DNA from: Vicugna vicugna
Lineage: Eukaryota
Assembly (NCBI GenBank): GCA_013265495.1
Contig: MU058636.1
Coordinates: forward strand, 9,750,176 to 9,814,175
Length of the DNA: 64,000 nt
Reading direction: 5' to 3'
The position numbers and the translations under genes are program-made. Below, piece by piece: positions 1-11,919 of this stretch (position 1 is the stretch's first letter; each line of letters opens with the position of its first letter). Below the pieces are notes generated by a model. That model searched no databases. It was given only the letters and a program-made list of their open reading frames with translations, and had not been told where the DNA came from.

Positions 1-240
1 TGCGGATGAGCGGCTTTGCTGCCGGCCATCCCGGCCCCAGCAAGCGCTCCGGCCTGCCGCCCGCTGCGGCGAAGAGCGCGTCTCGGCCGCCAGGGCTGAG
101 CCAGCTGACGGCCAGTGCGGCTGCCGCGTAAGCCCCACGGCGGCGGGGACAGCCACTCAGGCCCCGCCCCTGTCCGGCGCTGGCAGCCCCCGGACCAGTG
201 AGAGCGGCTGTGTTTTGCTGCCCTTATCCAGCTCACCCCA
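1..240 (-). promoter_or_regulatory. Edge of a CpG island; probable promoter/first exon of an unidentified gene transcribed leftward
   Basis: Very GC- and CpG-rich compared with the rest of the window. GC box GGGGCGGGGC on the minus strand (161-170). Minus-strand ATG at 29 in context gccgggATGG, reading MAGSKAAHP off the window edge. Confidence 0.6.
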
Positions 241-900
241 GGACAGACGTATGCCCCTTTATTTTTTCAAGTACTAAAATGAAAATCAATATTGCCCGTC
301 AAAAACCTCAGTCCCCAGAGATACATGTACTGGGCTATCATCTTCCTGCACATGTTGGAAAGAAACCAAAGTGATCAGGGGACCTTCCTGAGTTAGGAGT
401 TTCCTAATGATAAGAGTCAGTTACAATAGTAAAACGATTTTTTTTTAAACCAGTCTATTTGTAGGATTCCCTTTTCTTATTATGTTGATACATTTTTTTT
501 TTTTACAACGGAGACTGCCAAGAAAATTCATTAGTGTAATTCAGTTCTTTACTCTAAAGCATTATTTATGTGTTTTTCCTGGCAAACTCACCGAATGTTG
601 ATCACCTCTATTCTTTAAGTTTCAAAAGGAAATACTTTTGTTTCTCCCATGGCTTTTGTAAAAGTGATATTGTGATGGATCCTCAGGCTGGATTTCGGTT
701 TGAGTAGCTCTTGCTTTTTTGTCCAGATGAGTTTCCCGAATTGGCATTCCTTTTAAGTTTCTTACAGGAACCATCCAATCAGGGTGCTGTTTGGGCTGAA
801 GTTGTATAAGACTGAAACCATATAACAGATCATTAACCTGGGCAGGTGTGGCTGCTCTGGGACTTGTGAGCTGTTATAAAATAAGAAAAAAAATGCTTCT

Positions 901-1012
901 GGGGGAGTGGATACGGCTCCCTGGTAGAGTGCATGCTTAGCATGCACGAGGTCCTGGAGTCAATCCCTAGAATCTCCATTAAAAAAATTTAATTTAATTT
1001 AAAAAAGAAAAA
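901..1012 (+). mobile_element. tRNA-Ala-derived SINE (Vic-1-like, camelid), diverged copy
   Basis: gggggagtggatacggctccctggtagagtgcatgcttagcatgcacgaggtcctggagtcaatccctagaatctcca followed by an A-rich tail; homologous to the copies at 37901 and 60258. Confidence 0.85.
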
Positions 1013-1046
1013 GAGCCTATGCATATTAAAAAAGAAGCCCTTCCTT

Positions 1047-1113
<67 letters not shown>

Positions 1114-1287
1114 GAAAGAAAGAGAGAGAGAGAGAAAGAAAGAGAGAGAAAGAAAGAAATAAAGAAAGAAAGAAAGAAAGAGAAAGGGAGAGAGAAAGAG
1201 AGAGAGAAAGAAAGGAAGGAAGGAAGGAAGAAAGAAGGAAAGAAAGAAAGAAGGAAAGAAAGAAAGAAGGAAAGAAAGAAAGAAGGA

Positions 1288-1343
<56 letters not shown>

Positions 1344-1346
1344 AAA
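1047..1346 (+). repeat. Compound (GAAA)n/(GA)n/(GGAA)n polypurine microsatellite, ~300 bp
   Basis: Directly visible; it generates the spurious FFLS-repeat ORFs. Confidence 0.98.
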
Positions 1347-1589
1347 GCTTCCAACTCCCATGCTAGGGCTCGCCCACATTTCACTTCTCTTAGGGACCAG
1401 GTGACTGTCAGGAGTCCGTGAACAAGACGGTGCTGTGCACCACGGCTCCTGCAGCGTCACGCACACCTGCAGGGCAGCACTGGTGCCCTTGAAGGTGGAC
1501 GTGTTCTCACGTGTTTGTCTCGCCGTGAGGGTTGAGGCAATATGCCAGAAGGACAGCGCTGGGCTCAAATCCCTTTGGGCCACATTTTA

Positions 1590-1735
1590 GTCCTGAGACA
1601 CAGATTGAGCCACATCACCTCTCTGAGTCTCCCTTTTCTCCCTTGTTAAAAAGGTGAGAGTAATACTGTCCCAGGGTTGAATAGGAATACATGTGTATTT
1701 ACCTGCTATATATATTAGGTGCTTAAGAAATAAGA
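1590..1735 (+). mobile_element. MIR SINE fragment
   Basis: cacctctctgagtctccc...ttgttaaaaagg...gtaatactgtcccagggttg resembles the MIR core. Confidence 0.6.
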
Positions 1736-1759
1736 ACGTCTACAGCTAGTTTTCAGACT

Positions 1760-1850
1760 GTTATTTATCTTATAGTAATCGGTGCTTAGCCCTGTACCTG
1801 CCCTTCATACGGGATGCAATAAATGTATGTTAAAAAATAAATTGATTAAA
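1760..1850 (+). mobile_element. L2 3' terminus fragment
   Basis: gtgcttagccctgtacctg...caataaatgtatgtt resembles the L2 3' end. Confidence 0.5.
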
Positions 1851-2989
1851 AAAAAGGATGAAGAGTCAGAAAGGTTTTGAGAAGGAGGTTTGTCAGGAAG
1901 ACACTCCATTCTCTTTCCCCCAGTCAGCATCCCTTGTTCAAGTTCCTAACACTCCACCCAGCTGTCCAGGGTTTGTACGGAATTAGCACGGAGGTGGGGG
2001 TGGAAGGGAATGGCAGGGCCTCTGGCCTTTCACTGCCTACTTGTGAGTTAGCTGGTTGATAAGTTGAGCTGGCCAGAGACCACTGTTCTGTACGTAAGCC
2101 TAAATCCACTAAAATGGGAACAAATAGGCATCTCGAAATTCTTGCTGACAGGTGTGAAGAAAATTTTGCCGTGTTACAAAATGTGTCCCTGGATAGCTCA
2201 CTGGTGGTGACCCCCTGACTAGATGCTGTGGCAGCTTCACGGAGACTGGAGAAAGATGGAGCGCCACTCCCCACCCGCCATTTTGTGGTACCAAGTACTT
2301 CCCGTAAGCACTTTTCTAAGCTGAAAGACAGACGTACACACCCGTCACCATTATTTAATTGGTTCCCCCTTCAGAATCATCTATGTCTTTCTCCATCTTG
2401 GCCCGTTGCTCCTAAAGCAGAATGTGATGAAAGGGAAGCCTCCTCCAAGAAGATGAAAAGACCCCTTGTTATGAAACATTGCATTTTCCATGGCTAAAGA
2501 CTCTTCAGAACACAGGTAGGGCCCTGGGCAGTCTCCCTGGTGTTTGCCAAGCCCAAAGCCGCAGACTGTCGGAGGGGCAGAACATGAGCAATGCGGGAAT
2601 GTGGGCTGAGGGGTTCCATGTTTAGACAGATGGCTTCCAGCCCTGTGTCGAGCCAGGGAAAGCAGGAGTCCACGCCTGGAGCACAGGCCCCCGGGGAGCA
2701 AGTGGAGACGTTTGCATCAACCCTGTGAGGTCATGGGGAGAGCCAGGCGTGAAGACAGCATTCTCAGTCATCATCACCCACAAAGTGTCACCAGGAAAGG
2801 AGAGAGGTTTTAGTCATAAACTGGATAAATGGCTTATTTTTCTTGACTGAGAGTATTTATGAGAATGAAGTCATATGAAAAGGGATATCAAAATAAGCAA
2901 TAGTGACAGATTTGGGTGGGTGGGAGTAGTGAGGGGGTGGTGGGCCTACTTCCTTGTTATCTCCTGACCACCATGTGTTCTTGGTCTAG

Positions 2990-3148
2990 AGCTAGTTTCT
3001 TAACTCGGTTTTATTTCGTGTGTCCACGTGGATCAATTGGTAATGGCTGCCTGGAATGAGGAAAAGAATCGAATGATTGATTACTAATGTCTGCCCTGGG
3101 ATGGGAAAGAGGGGTAGTTGTATTAATGCCAGTTATTGGCCATCCCTG
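2990..3148. mobile_element. MER102-like hAT-Charlie DNA transposon relic
   Basis: gatcaattggtaatggctgcctggaatg...gattactaatgtctgccctggg...ttggccatccctg matches the recalled MER102 consensus. Confidence 0.7.
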
Positions 3149-3822
3149 GTCTGGAATTCAACTTCCTTTACTTTTACTTCCCTCATCTTGAAATCCATGC
3201 CAAGTTGTATGAATTATTCTAAGCCTAAGGTGTAACTAATGAGAGTATTATACGAGGGTTATTGTGGTTGTATTAAGTGCACTTGCTTATATCATTTTTA
3301 GCATTCAAGTCAGTCAAAGTATTCAACCTTTTACATTATGCATCATAACCCACTTGTTGTGCATTGGGATCTGGGGTAATAGTCGTCCTGGGCTTATGTT
3401 ATCATTCATACAATGCAGTGGGACATGACACAGCCTTACGGATTATAGGCTTTTTGGGCTGGAGTTTTATAGTGAAATGTCAAAGACTGAAACATTGCAC
3501 AACTTCTTATAAAAAAGGATGAAACACTCGAAACTGGCTTAGAAATCTATGTCTATTTTCAAAACATGGGAAACGGAGCATTAGCGGTAAGTAATTTTAT
3601 GAGACTACATTTTAAACAATTGCTTCGTAAAAAAATAAGCTTTTTGACTGCAAGACCTTCAAAAAAAAGTCCAGTCTCAAGGGTCTGGAATTTACCTAAC
3701 TTTCTAACCACCCCTTATATTCAGGCAAGACTTCATATAAAGGGCTTCCAGAAGTATTCCGCACATTTTTCTTCTCAAAGTTCCTAAAGCAGATTTGACA
3801 GTCTCCTTGAATAACCTATTAC

Positions 3823-4025
3823 TAGGCAGATCCAAGTTTTCTGGGGCCTGGAGCTCATACAAATTTGGGGGTTCCTTTTAGAAAGAATGGATACAAAAAT
3901 CTCTTTTACAAATTTTGCATAAACATAAGACATGTAAACACATTACCAAGCCCTTTGCCAGGGTTTCAGAAGGGGCTTGTAGCCTTAACTTTATCAGCTC
4001 TGAAATGTGAAACTTCGTCAGCTTC
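3823..4025. mobile_element. MER96B-like hAT DNA transposon relic
   Basis: ggcagatccaagttttctggggcctggagctcatacaaatttggggg...gaatggatacaaaaat matches the recalled MER96B start. Confidence 0.65.
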
Positions 4026-4339
4026 GTATTCTTAGCAGTCAGTACTTTTGGCTCATTTCCTAATCCTGCTAGAATGGAGGAAATAGCTCCTTATACACTT
4101 ATCTAAGGTAAGAAAGAATGTAATGGATTCCGATTTCCTGTATCACATTCTTCTAGGAATCACAGTCCAAGGGGTGTCACAGTCCAAGGGGTGACACTTA
4201 AAAGTTTTGTTTAGAGGACTCCAGGCAATGTAGGATAGTCCTTTATACCCTGGCATGGAAACAAAGAGCAGTAGGAAGGTTTTCTTATGTTTCTCTTTTC
4301 TGTGATGAAATACTCTGGCCTCCCCAAATAACTAAACCT

Positions 4340-4560
4340 TTTATTAATTTTCTTTCCGTTTTTCCCTTGTGGCCTTCGGCCTCCCCTCATCTCCTCTCCC
4401 TTTCCCTTTCTCCTTTCTTCTCCTTCTCTGTCTGCTTCTTGAGTTTTCTCTTTTATTCTTTTCATTGTAACCATTCTTTTCTCTGCCCTCCCCCCAATGC
4501 TCATGTCTTTCCTGTTTCTCTTTTTTTTTTTGTATCTTTCCCCCTTCCTTCTCCTTTAAG
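4340..4560 (+). repeat. CT-rich low-complexity tract
   Basis: Pyrimidine-rich stretch directly visible. Confidence 0.8.
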
Positions 4561-5709
4561 CTGTACATTTAAAAATTCCAAAATACCACAACCAAAATGT
4601 TGACTGCAGTCAAAAGCTAGGCTCATTGTTCCTGAATATCCTTTTCTTATTTGTACTTCATTTTTTTAGCGATATTGAACAAACTCAAATTATTTGTGAG
4701 CCCACCAAAGATCTGAAGACCTAAGAATTACCCAAGAACAGAGTAAGTGAAATAAGGTAGCACTCAGCCCCCGAAGTACAGATATTAGACGTGGACACAT
4801 TTCTGGTCTCTTGAACTCCAAACAGAGGGTTAAATTGTTGAGACACAAAGAGGAAAACCAAATTCTGTTTTTAATTTTCTTCTTCCAGAAAGTACTTGCT
4901 TTCATTTTTTTCTCTAACTGGGTTGCAGATGTCTTGTTTAGCTTTGCAAGTTTGAGTCCTTTCGAAGTCATCTTCGGAATATGAAAACAAATATGTATGT
5001 ATATGTATGATTGAAACATTCTGGTGAAACTGACACATTGTCACTGACTTAAAAAAGAAGTTATCTTCCCATTATGCAAATTAAAAAACATCGTTTTACT
5101 AAAATTTTAAAACATGAAATATTTCAAACCTCAGAAAATAATGCAACAAACACCAAGAGAGCTCATCTATCAAACTGAGAAGATTTACTGTATTGCTTCT
5201 GATCTCTAATTTTTTTTAAAGGATAAGACATTTTGCTTGTATAGTTAAAATAAATGCCTTCTGCATGCTCCCTCTTGCTTTCTTCCCACCTCAGAGTTAA
5301 CCAGCGACTTGATGGTGGTGGTGGGAACACTGTTTCATTCACTTTCTGATCTGGATGTTTTCTAGATTTGAATTTCATTAAGTTGTACCAAGCATTCATT
5401 TTTTTTCTTCCCTGCAAAAAAAATGGCTTTAATACCTAGTGTTTATCCATCTGTTTTGGATACAAATGTGAAGGTACAGAACAAAAGCACTGAAAAGAGA
5501 CTGGTGATTGATTAATTAAATCAGTTAGAGATTTCAATAATTAAATCATACATCCTATAAAAGATTTTTGAAGTGCACAGAGTTCTGGTTCACGTTTTTG
5601 CAATAATGAGTGTTAAGGACATGTGATGGGTAAAGATTGGCAATTATGATTCATCCAGTCCTGACACATTCTTGGTATTATTGTCAAAATCATAGATTAA
5701 TGGGGAGCT

Positions 5710-5885
5710 GAGACCAGAACTGAGTTCTGACTCTATATTTGACCAGTGAACCTTGGCATGACCTTGGGGAAGTCAACAGCTCTGTCTCTTGTACTATCAT
5801 TGGTGAAATATGGTTGAAATGAATTATTTTCTTCCCACAGAGGCATTATTAGTATAAATGAGTTCATACATTTGGAACCTCTGAA
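5710..5885 (+). mobile_element. MIR SINE
   Basis: catgaccttggggaagtca...cccacagaggcattattagtataaatgag MIR motifs. Confidence 0.6.
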
Positions 5886-6518
5886 TAAAAGTTAATTGTA
5901 TTCTATTCTAAAGATGGAAAAGAGACTAATGTTGTTAAATAGAGAACAATGAACATATTATTAATTGGAGAACTTGCTTGTTGAAAATTGGGGAGAACAA
6001 TCATTTATTAGTTTAAATGAGGCTTTACATCTTAATTGCAGCCAAGACATATTATGCAAAATATTGAGAGACTGAAAAGGCCAAAGATGTAAGACATATT
6101 GATGTAGGTTTGGAGTTCCAAGCACAACTAAGTTCTCCGTTTAGTGAAATGCTGCGAAGACCAGAGATTTAAAAGGCTGAATGAAAACAGGAAATGATTG
6201 TACTTATCAATATGAGAGAAAACATCACTTCATTAATAAATTTGATAATTATTTCTTTTTTTATCAACCTCACCTTCTAAAGTAGGTAATTCTTAAGTTC
6301 CTCTCTAGTACCCTGGCCTGCTTCTCTTTGGGCACATTACTCTTTGGATTCATAGTCGTGATAAATGCATTTGCACAAGATGTCTTGGGAGTTAACATCG
6401 TCACCAAAATGTTGGGATGAAAACAAAATTTGTTGCTATTATTTAATACTTTAATGACATAACAAGGATTTAAAAATGAATATTGCCATTTGAAACTTAA
6501 CTAGTATGTATCTATGCC

Positions 6519-6558
6519 CCCCTCTCTCTCTCTTTCTCTCTCTCTCTCTCTATGTATA

Positions 6559-6598
<40 letters not shown>
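6519..6598 (+). repeat. (CT)n-(AT)n compound microsatellite
   Basis: Directly visible. Confidence 0.97.
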
Positions 6599-6601
<3 letters not shown>

Positions 6602-7444
6602 TTCCTTTTACTTATTTTAGTAGCAAGAACGCTTTTGGCATTTGTCTTAATGACAACAGGTACCTGGAAATACAAGATCTGATTGTGCACTTTTAATCTC
6701 ACCACCAGGCAGCTGAGCTACTGGGAGTGATACGGCTCTCAAGTTACAATCTTTGGCTCATGGTTTTCCTGAAATAAATCAAAAGGGCAAGTTAGTTGTT
6801 TCCACACCGTTACACAGACGTATCAGTGCTCCTTGGACCACTGTGACTTGAATAGCCAGGTCAAAACATAGAAACATATTAAAAAACATGAATTCATAGT
6901 TCAGCTTTTTAAAAAGATTTATACCCTCAATATATTCTTTTTTGGTACATTTATAATATAACAGAGTGGATGATAAAAAGATTTACCAACTGCCACTATT
7001 AAGCAAATGTATGCATTAAATGCCCAAATTCTTTTTAAGCAAGATGATATTTTCACATCAATTAAGTTATTTTAGTTAGTTTAACTTTGAAACGATGTCT
7101 AAGGGCTGTTTTGATTTTCCCATTGTGCCAGCAACAGCTCCAACACAAAAATACATGTGGACGTATTTCTTGAAAGAAATGTTCAGAAATGTTAAGTATC
7201 TTTTGCTGAAGTTCTCAGAGTAACAAGTTTATGATTTGGAACAAACTTTCATGTTAACAGAAATTGCAAACTCAATGATTATTTCATGTAGGTCTATGGA
7301 CATTTGGAAGTCAGTTAGCAATATGGAAATAGTAACAAAAATGGTTTTTAATTTTTAAAAAATCTTAGTGCGTGTGATTTTTCTCAGCAGGAATCATTGT
7401 TCAGCATAGTCTAAAACCCACTGAAGGCAGCAGCATACAGCACT

Positions 7445-7625
7445 ACATTGGGCAAGTTATTTAATTCTCCATATTTTGTTTCTTCTTTTATAAAATGAGA
7501 ATAATACCAGTTCTTATTTCACAGATTTGTTGAGGATGTTTAATGAATTAATACACGTTAAGCACCTGAAACAGTCACTGGTATAAACTAAGCATTCAAT
7601 CATTGTTCTCTATTATTATTAATAA
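7445..7625 (+). mobile_element. MIR SINE
   Basis: ttgggcaagttatttaattctcc...taaaatgagaataatacc...tcacagatttgttgaggat...aagcacctgaaacagt...ctattattatt. Confidence 0.85.
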
Positions 7626-9149
7626 TAATAATATTGTTAAGAGTAGTCATGCAAAAAAACTGGTAACACAAAGACAATTTGGGCTCTTCCCTCTGTCAGT
7701 TTTAAAGGTTTCAAGTCTTAATTTAGAACCCTTCTTTACTTCTACTGAAGTCGAAAGCACTCAATCTAAGACTTCTTTTCTCTTGAAAAGATATGATTTT
7801 ATACGTCAAAGAGAAGGATTATTCAAAGCCTAATTACAGTTTGGATGAAGGAGAATTGATGCCTTTAGGCAACTGGCATTTTTCTCTAAATGCCTACACT
7901 TTAAAAATGAAGTGTTAACTCTTTATCATAGCATCCACAGTTCCAGGCTAGTCTAAATAACGCAATCTTAGTTTCATTAATTTAGAAAAGACCCCATGAG
8001 GACAGTTTGTATGGTTGTACTAGAAACCTCAGGCTTTTTCCCCACTATAGTACAAACTTTTATCGAAGTATCTCAGCAGCTACGATGCTAAAGGAAACAG
8101 TGGGTTTCCAAGCTCTTGACTAGAAGGAGTGAGTGAACACTTACCTGCACTGTATTGATAAACTACATTTGCTAACAAAGCATTTTCAGTGTATGCTTTA
8201 ATGAAACACAGGACTCTGCAGAAATTTGCTAAAATGCCACCAATGATTTGAAAATAAAATTAAGCTTTCAGACACCTCTAACTCAGATCTCAGTTGGTTC
8301 TTGGAAAATGATCACCAGTGAGGCTGTGCACTTTGGGGATTGTCTATTACTGTTTATGAGAAGTTATTCATGTTTTAAATAAAGCACATTGGTCTGATTT
8401 GTTGATGTAACAATTACTTTCTGTCTTTTGCTGTCAGACCTAAGGGCATCCATTTGGCAGGTCTCAAGAAGCTGTTTACTGGCCGCTGGTGTCAAGTGAC
8501 AGCAGTCCTTAGGGGTCTTGGAGGGGAGAACTCTAGAGACCCACCAAAGGAAGGGCGGGCACGTGAACAGGGGAGGAGCTGAGTCTCAGAACACCCAGAG
8601 CAATAGCCAGAGTCCAGAAAAAAAGCCCACTCTGACGCCGGGATGAAGGAAGACAGGGAACCCAAGGACCCAGAGGTATGCCAAACCAGGGGATGGAAAC
8701 CCACATGCAAGCCCTAAGCAGGGGCAGGGACTGGGACTGGAAGGAGCTGTGGTCAGTGGTCCAGAGCTGAACAGAACCCAGGGAAGGGGATCTTTAGCCA
8801 CGTAACCTGCACTGCCAGGGGCTCTGTGTGTCTGTTTTCTCCAGTCCTCACACAATATGGATGGTAGATAATATGATCCCCATTGCATCACTTCATCCCA
8901 GTAGCCAGTAACACAGTCCAGTGCATCACTGGCTTAAAAATCACTGAGAATAAATTCAGTAATATTCAAATCCATTTACTAATAAAACTCTAAATTTATA
9001 TTAATAAAATGTTTATTTGTGGACGCAATAAATACTGCATACTTAAGAGTCACCATAGTACTTAGTGACAAAGTTGAAAGCAGCAGGACCTGAGGGCCTA
9101 TCCCACCAGCACTGCTTATCTTTCCGTGAGGTGGACTGTTAGCAACCAC

Positions 9150-9300
9150 TAGTGAAGAAGAGGGGAAAAAAAATGGCAAACATAGAAAAGCATGAATTCA
9201 TTTTACAAAAGATATAATTGCACGCTTAGAAAATTCAAGGATAGAAACCAAAAATTACTCATGGTAACTAAAAGCTAGAAAAAGAAAATCCACAGAGAAC
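9150..9300 (+). mobile_element. Ancient L1 ORF2 (RT region) fragment
   Basis: gatataattgcacgcttagaaaattcaagg resembles decayed DNA for DDMIVYLENPK. Confidence 0.45.
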
Positions 9301-9449
9301 CCTTTAGCTTTATACGTGGTCTTGCTGCCTTTTCATCACTGCATGGCATAACATATGTGGAATGGGGTACCGAAGAAATTAAATTTCAATAGACTATTGG
9401 GCCAGAAACTGTCAAAGGGTCACAGACTTTCAAATTAGTTAATAGAATC

Positions 9450-9640
9450 AGTCCATTCATTTACTTATTCATTCATTAACTCATTCTTCTATTATTTTTG
9501 TAGTTAAAACCACAGGCCCTGTGTTGGGAGAGCGAGCCAGCTTCCAGGGTCCCTGCCTTCATGAAGTTCCCAGGCTACTGGAGGAGACCGACGATGACTA
9601 TGTTGTTACTATGAAGGTTGGTGAGTGCTGTCATGGGTGA
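9450..9640 (-). mobile_element. L2 3' fragment
   Basis: cattcatttacttattcattcatt plus gtccctgccttcatgaagtt...ctactggaggagac. Confidence 0.6.
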
Positions 9641-10314
9641 GATGGTGCCAGCGCCCCAAACGCTGGTGCAGAGTGGGTTCCGGAGATCATTTTTGTGTTG
9701 TACAAGAAAAACAGTTTTGTTAGTTTAGAGGTCTCGCTCATTTACTCAAACAAAACCAACCCAAAAAAAACTTCCTTTTATGCCTTGAATCTACTGGGGT
9801 AGCTTTACCAAGAGATAATATCGTAAGCGTTGCGTTTTCTTCATCTAACTGAGCTTCAGGTGACATTTGGATCCTTTAAAAGGACAGAGGTTTGTCATTG
9901 AGAATATTTGCAGACGTGTTCAGAGCTCTGAAAGGACTCCCTTAGGAGGAGCGACAGTGCTGAGCGAGGTAGCATCATTGCAATAAATGTCAGATACCCC
10001 ACGGGGACTGCTACGCAGTGGGCAGAGCTCCCTGTGCTGAATCAAGGCACATTGCAAACCACAGTCTCCGTACTTAAATATCGTCCCTTGTGTGGGAGAG
10101 CAGGCCCTGGCGGTGCAGAGGTCTTATCGAACCAGAATTTAGTACCCACCTGCTCTACTGCCTTCCTTTAAACACTGAACAATAATGATTTTTCTTAAAT
10201 ATCCCCATTAGACTTGGGAACTGGGATCAGATGAAATGGATTTGGGTCTCAGCCCAGCCTCAGACTGTAACCCAAAGGCAGATTTAATCTTTCTAAGCCT
10301 CTATTTTTCCCCAA

Positions 10315-10630
10315 AACAGTTATTAAAAATTTCAATCAAAAGGCAGAGCTGAAAGACTGTTACAGTGAACAATCCTGTCACCTACACGCTACTATCCACC
10401 TTTACTCTGCTTCCTTCACCACGTGCCTGTTCACGCACACGAACCCCCATCCAACCATTAATCTATTTAATTTTTGATGGATTTCAAATTAAGTTTCCAG
10501 AGACTAGTATATTTCCCCCCAAATACTTCAGCATATGTATTGTTAACTACAATTGGATATTTGCTTCCAGTTTTTAATTTTTGATATAAAATGCACATAC
10601 ATTGAAAAGCATAAACCTCAAGTGCAGGAA
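10315..10630 (-). mobile_element. Old L1 (L1MC/ME-type) 3' fragments
   Basis: gagctgaaagactgttacagtgaaca, ccaaatacttcagcatatgtat and ttttgatataaaatgcacatac motifs. Confidence 0.55.
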
Positions 10631-11589
10631 CCATCTTGTTTAAAAGTGACCGAGTGGAGTGGAGAGCACCTGTCTCAAAGAGTTGCTGTGGGGATAACGT
10701 GAGCTAATGTGAAAAGTTCTTCGTAACTTACAAAGTGAGGTATCAAGGTGAGGCACTCTTTTTATAATTGCAATTAATACGATCATTATCCCTTTGATAA
10801 ATACTGCTATTAGATGTGAAGCCAACTCCACGAGAATGGCAATTTCAGTCAGACACATCACCGTAATGAGTATGAAGGCTATCACTGCCCTGGTGTTAAT
10901 GCCAAGCAGTCTGCCCACAAGCGCTCACAGAATCCCGACATCCATCCCTGCAGACTGGGAAACTGTCTCTGTGCAGTGTCTGGAATATGTCTGGAAAAAG
11001 GATGATGGCAACATTCCCCCTTCTTGATTCAATTACCATCACTATATTGCCTTTTCCAAGCTACCTCGGTGGCCCCAGAGGCTGGCTCTTGCTTTACGTT
11101 CATCTTTGAGTTCTATCATGTTTTGTGAATGGTTGACCACTCAGAATGCTACACACAGGTCAGAGAGGGAGGTTGGTTTCCTGTCCTCTCTTAACAAAAC
11201 CACCTATGGCACCAAAGGCTCAACAAATGTGGACGTGTGTCAACCCAGTGCTGACATCTGGTGCCAGGTAATCTTCATTGTTCATGTTGTTAATGATTAG
11301 GTTATATATAATGTATTTGGTTAATAACGTGATACTGTGGAGAAGCTTGGATAGGGCTGGTCTGGAACTTGACCTGCCTGAAAATATTGAGCAGGTGTTG
11401 GAAGTTTATGACTAGATTCGGGTCATGGGAGAAAGTCTCGTCCAGGAGTGTGGACACAGCACGGCTGCAGAGAAAAGGTCATAGAAGCAAGTTGCCAGCA
11501 TCAGAGCAAAAGGAGTCTACAGGGAATAAAGAGGTTACAGCTACAAGTACACAGAACAGGGATTCTAGTTCTCATGTCACTGGTGGAAG

Positions 11590-11900
11590 GGGCTGAGATT
11601 TTTATTCTTCTTGCAAAGTAACAAGCTGGCCTGCCACACTTTCACGCATGTTGCCAGAAGACGTGAGACTGTCGGTCACAGACAGAGGACTCCATTAAGA
11701 CACAGCAAGCAGCATGAATTCAGGTTCACATGGGTTCCCTTTATTCCTTGAGTCCCACGGGGACAAGACAGAAAGAAAGAAATTCAGTCTTTGATAGCAT
11801 ATTTGACCTACTAATTTGAAACCCCGGGACTGCTCAATTTATGAGTTCTCTTGTTATGTGAAATCACAAAATGTCCTGATTGTTTAAGCCTTTTGAATTG
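11590..11900. mobile_element. ERVL-type LTR fragment followed by MaLR (MLT1) fragment
   Basis: tgcaaagtaacaagctggcctgccacactttca...cagaagacgtgagact...cagcaagcagcatg is typical of an ERVL LTR; tgtcctgattgtttaagcc resembles an MLT1 end. Confidence 0.55.
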
Positions 11901-11919
11901 AATTGAGTGGCCCATAAGC

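Noticed and set aside
901..978. Possible tRNA-Ala gene with perfect hairpin gtgcatgc-tta-gcatgcac (also 37912-37990 and 60258-60332)
   Set aside because: Extra 5' bases, broken stems, A-rich tails and TSDs identify these as SINE copies.
989..1583. 131 aa and 185 aa ORFs rich in FFLS repeats
   Set aside because: Translation of the (TTTC)n microsatellite.
4211..4603. Lys/Glu/Arg-rich and Phe/Ser-rich ORFs
   Set aside because: Products of a CT-rich low-complexity tract.
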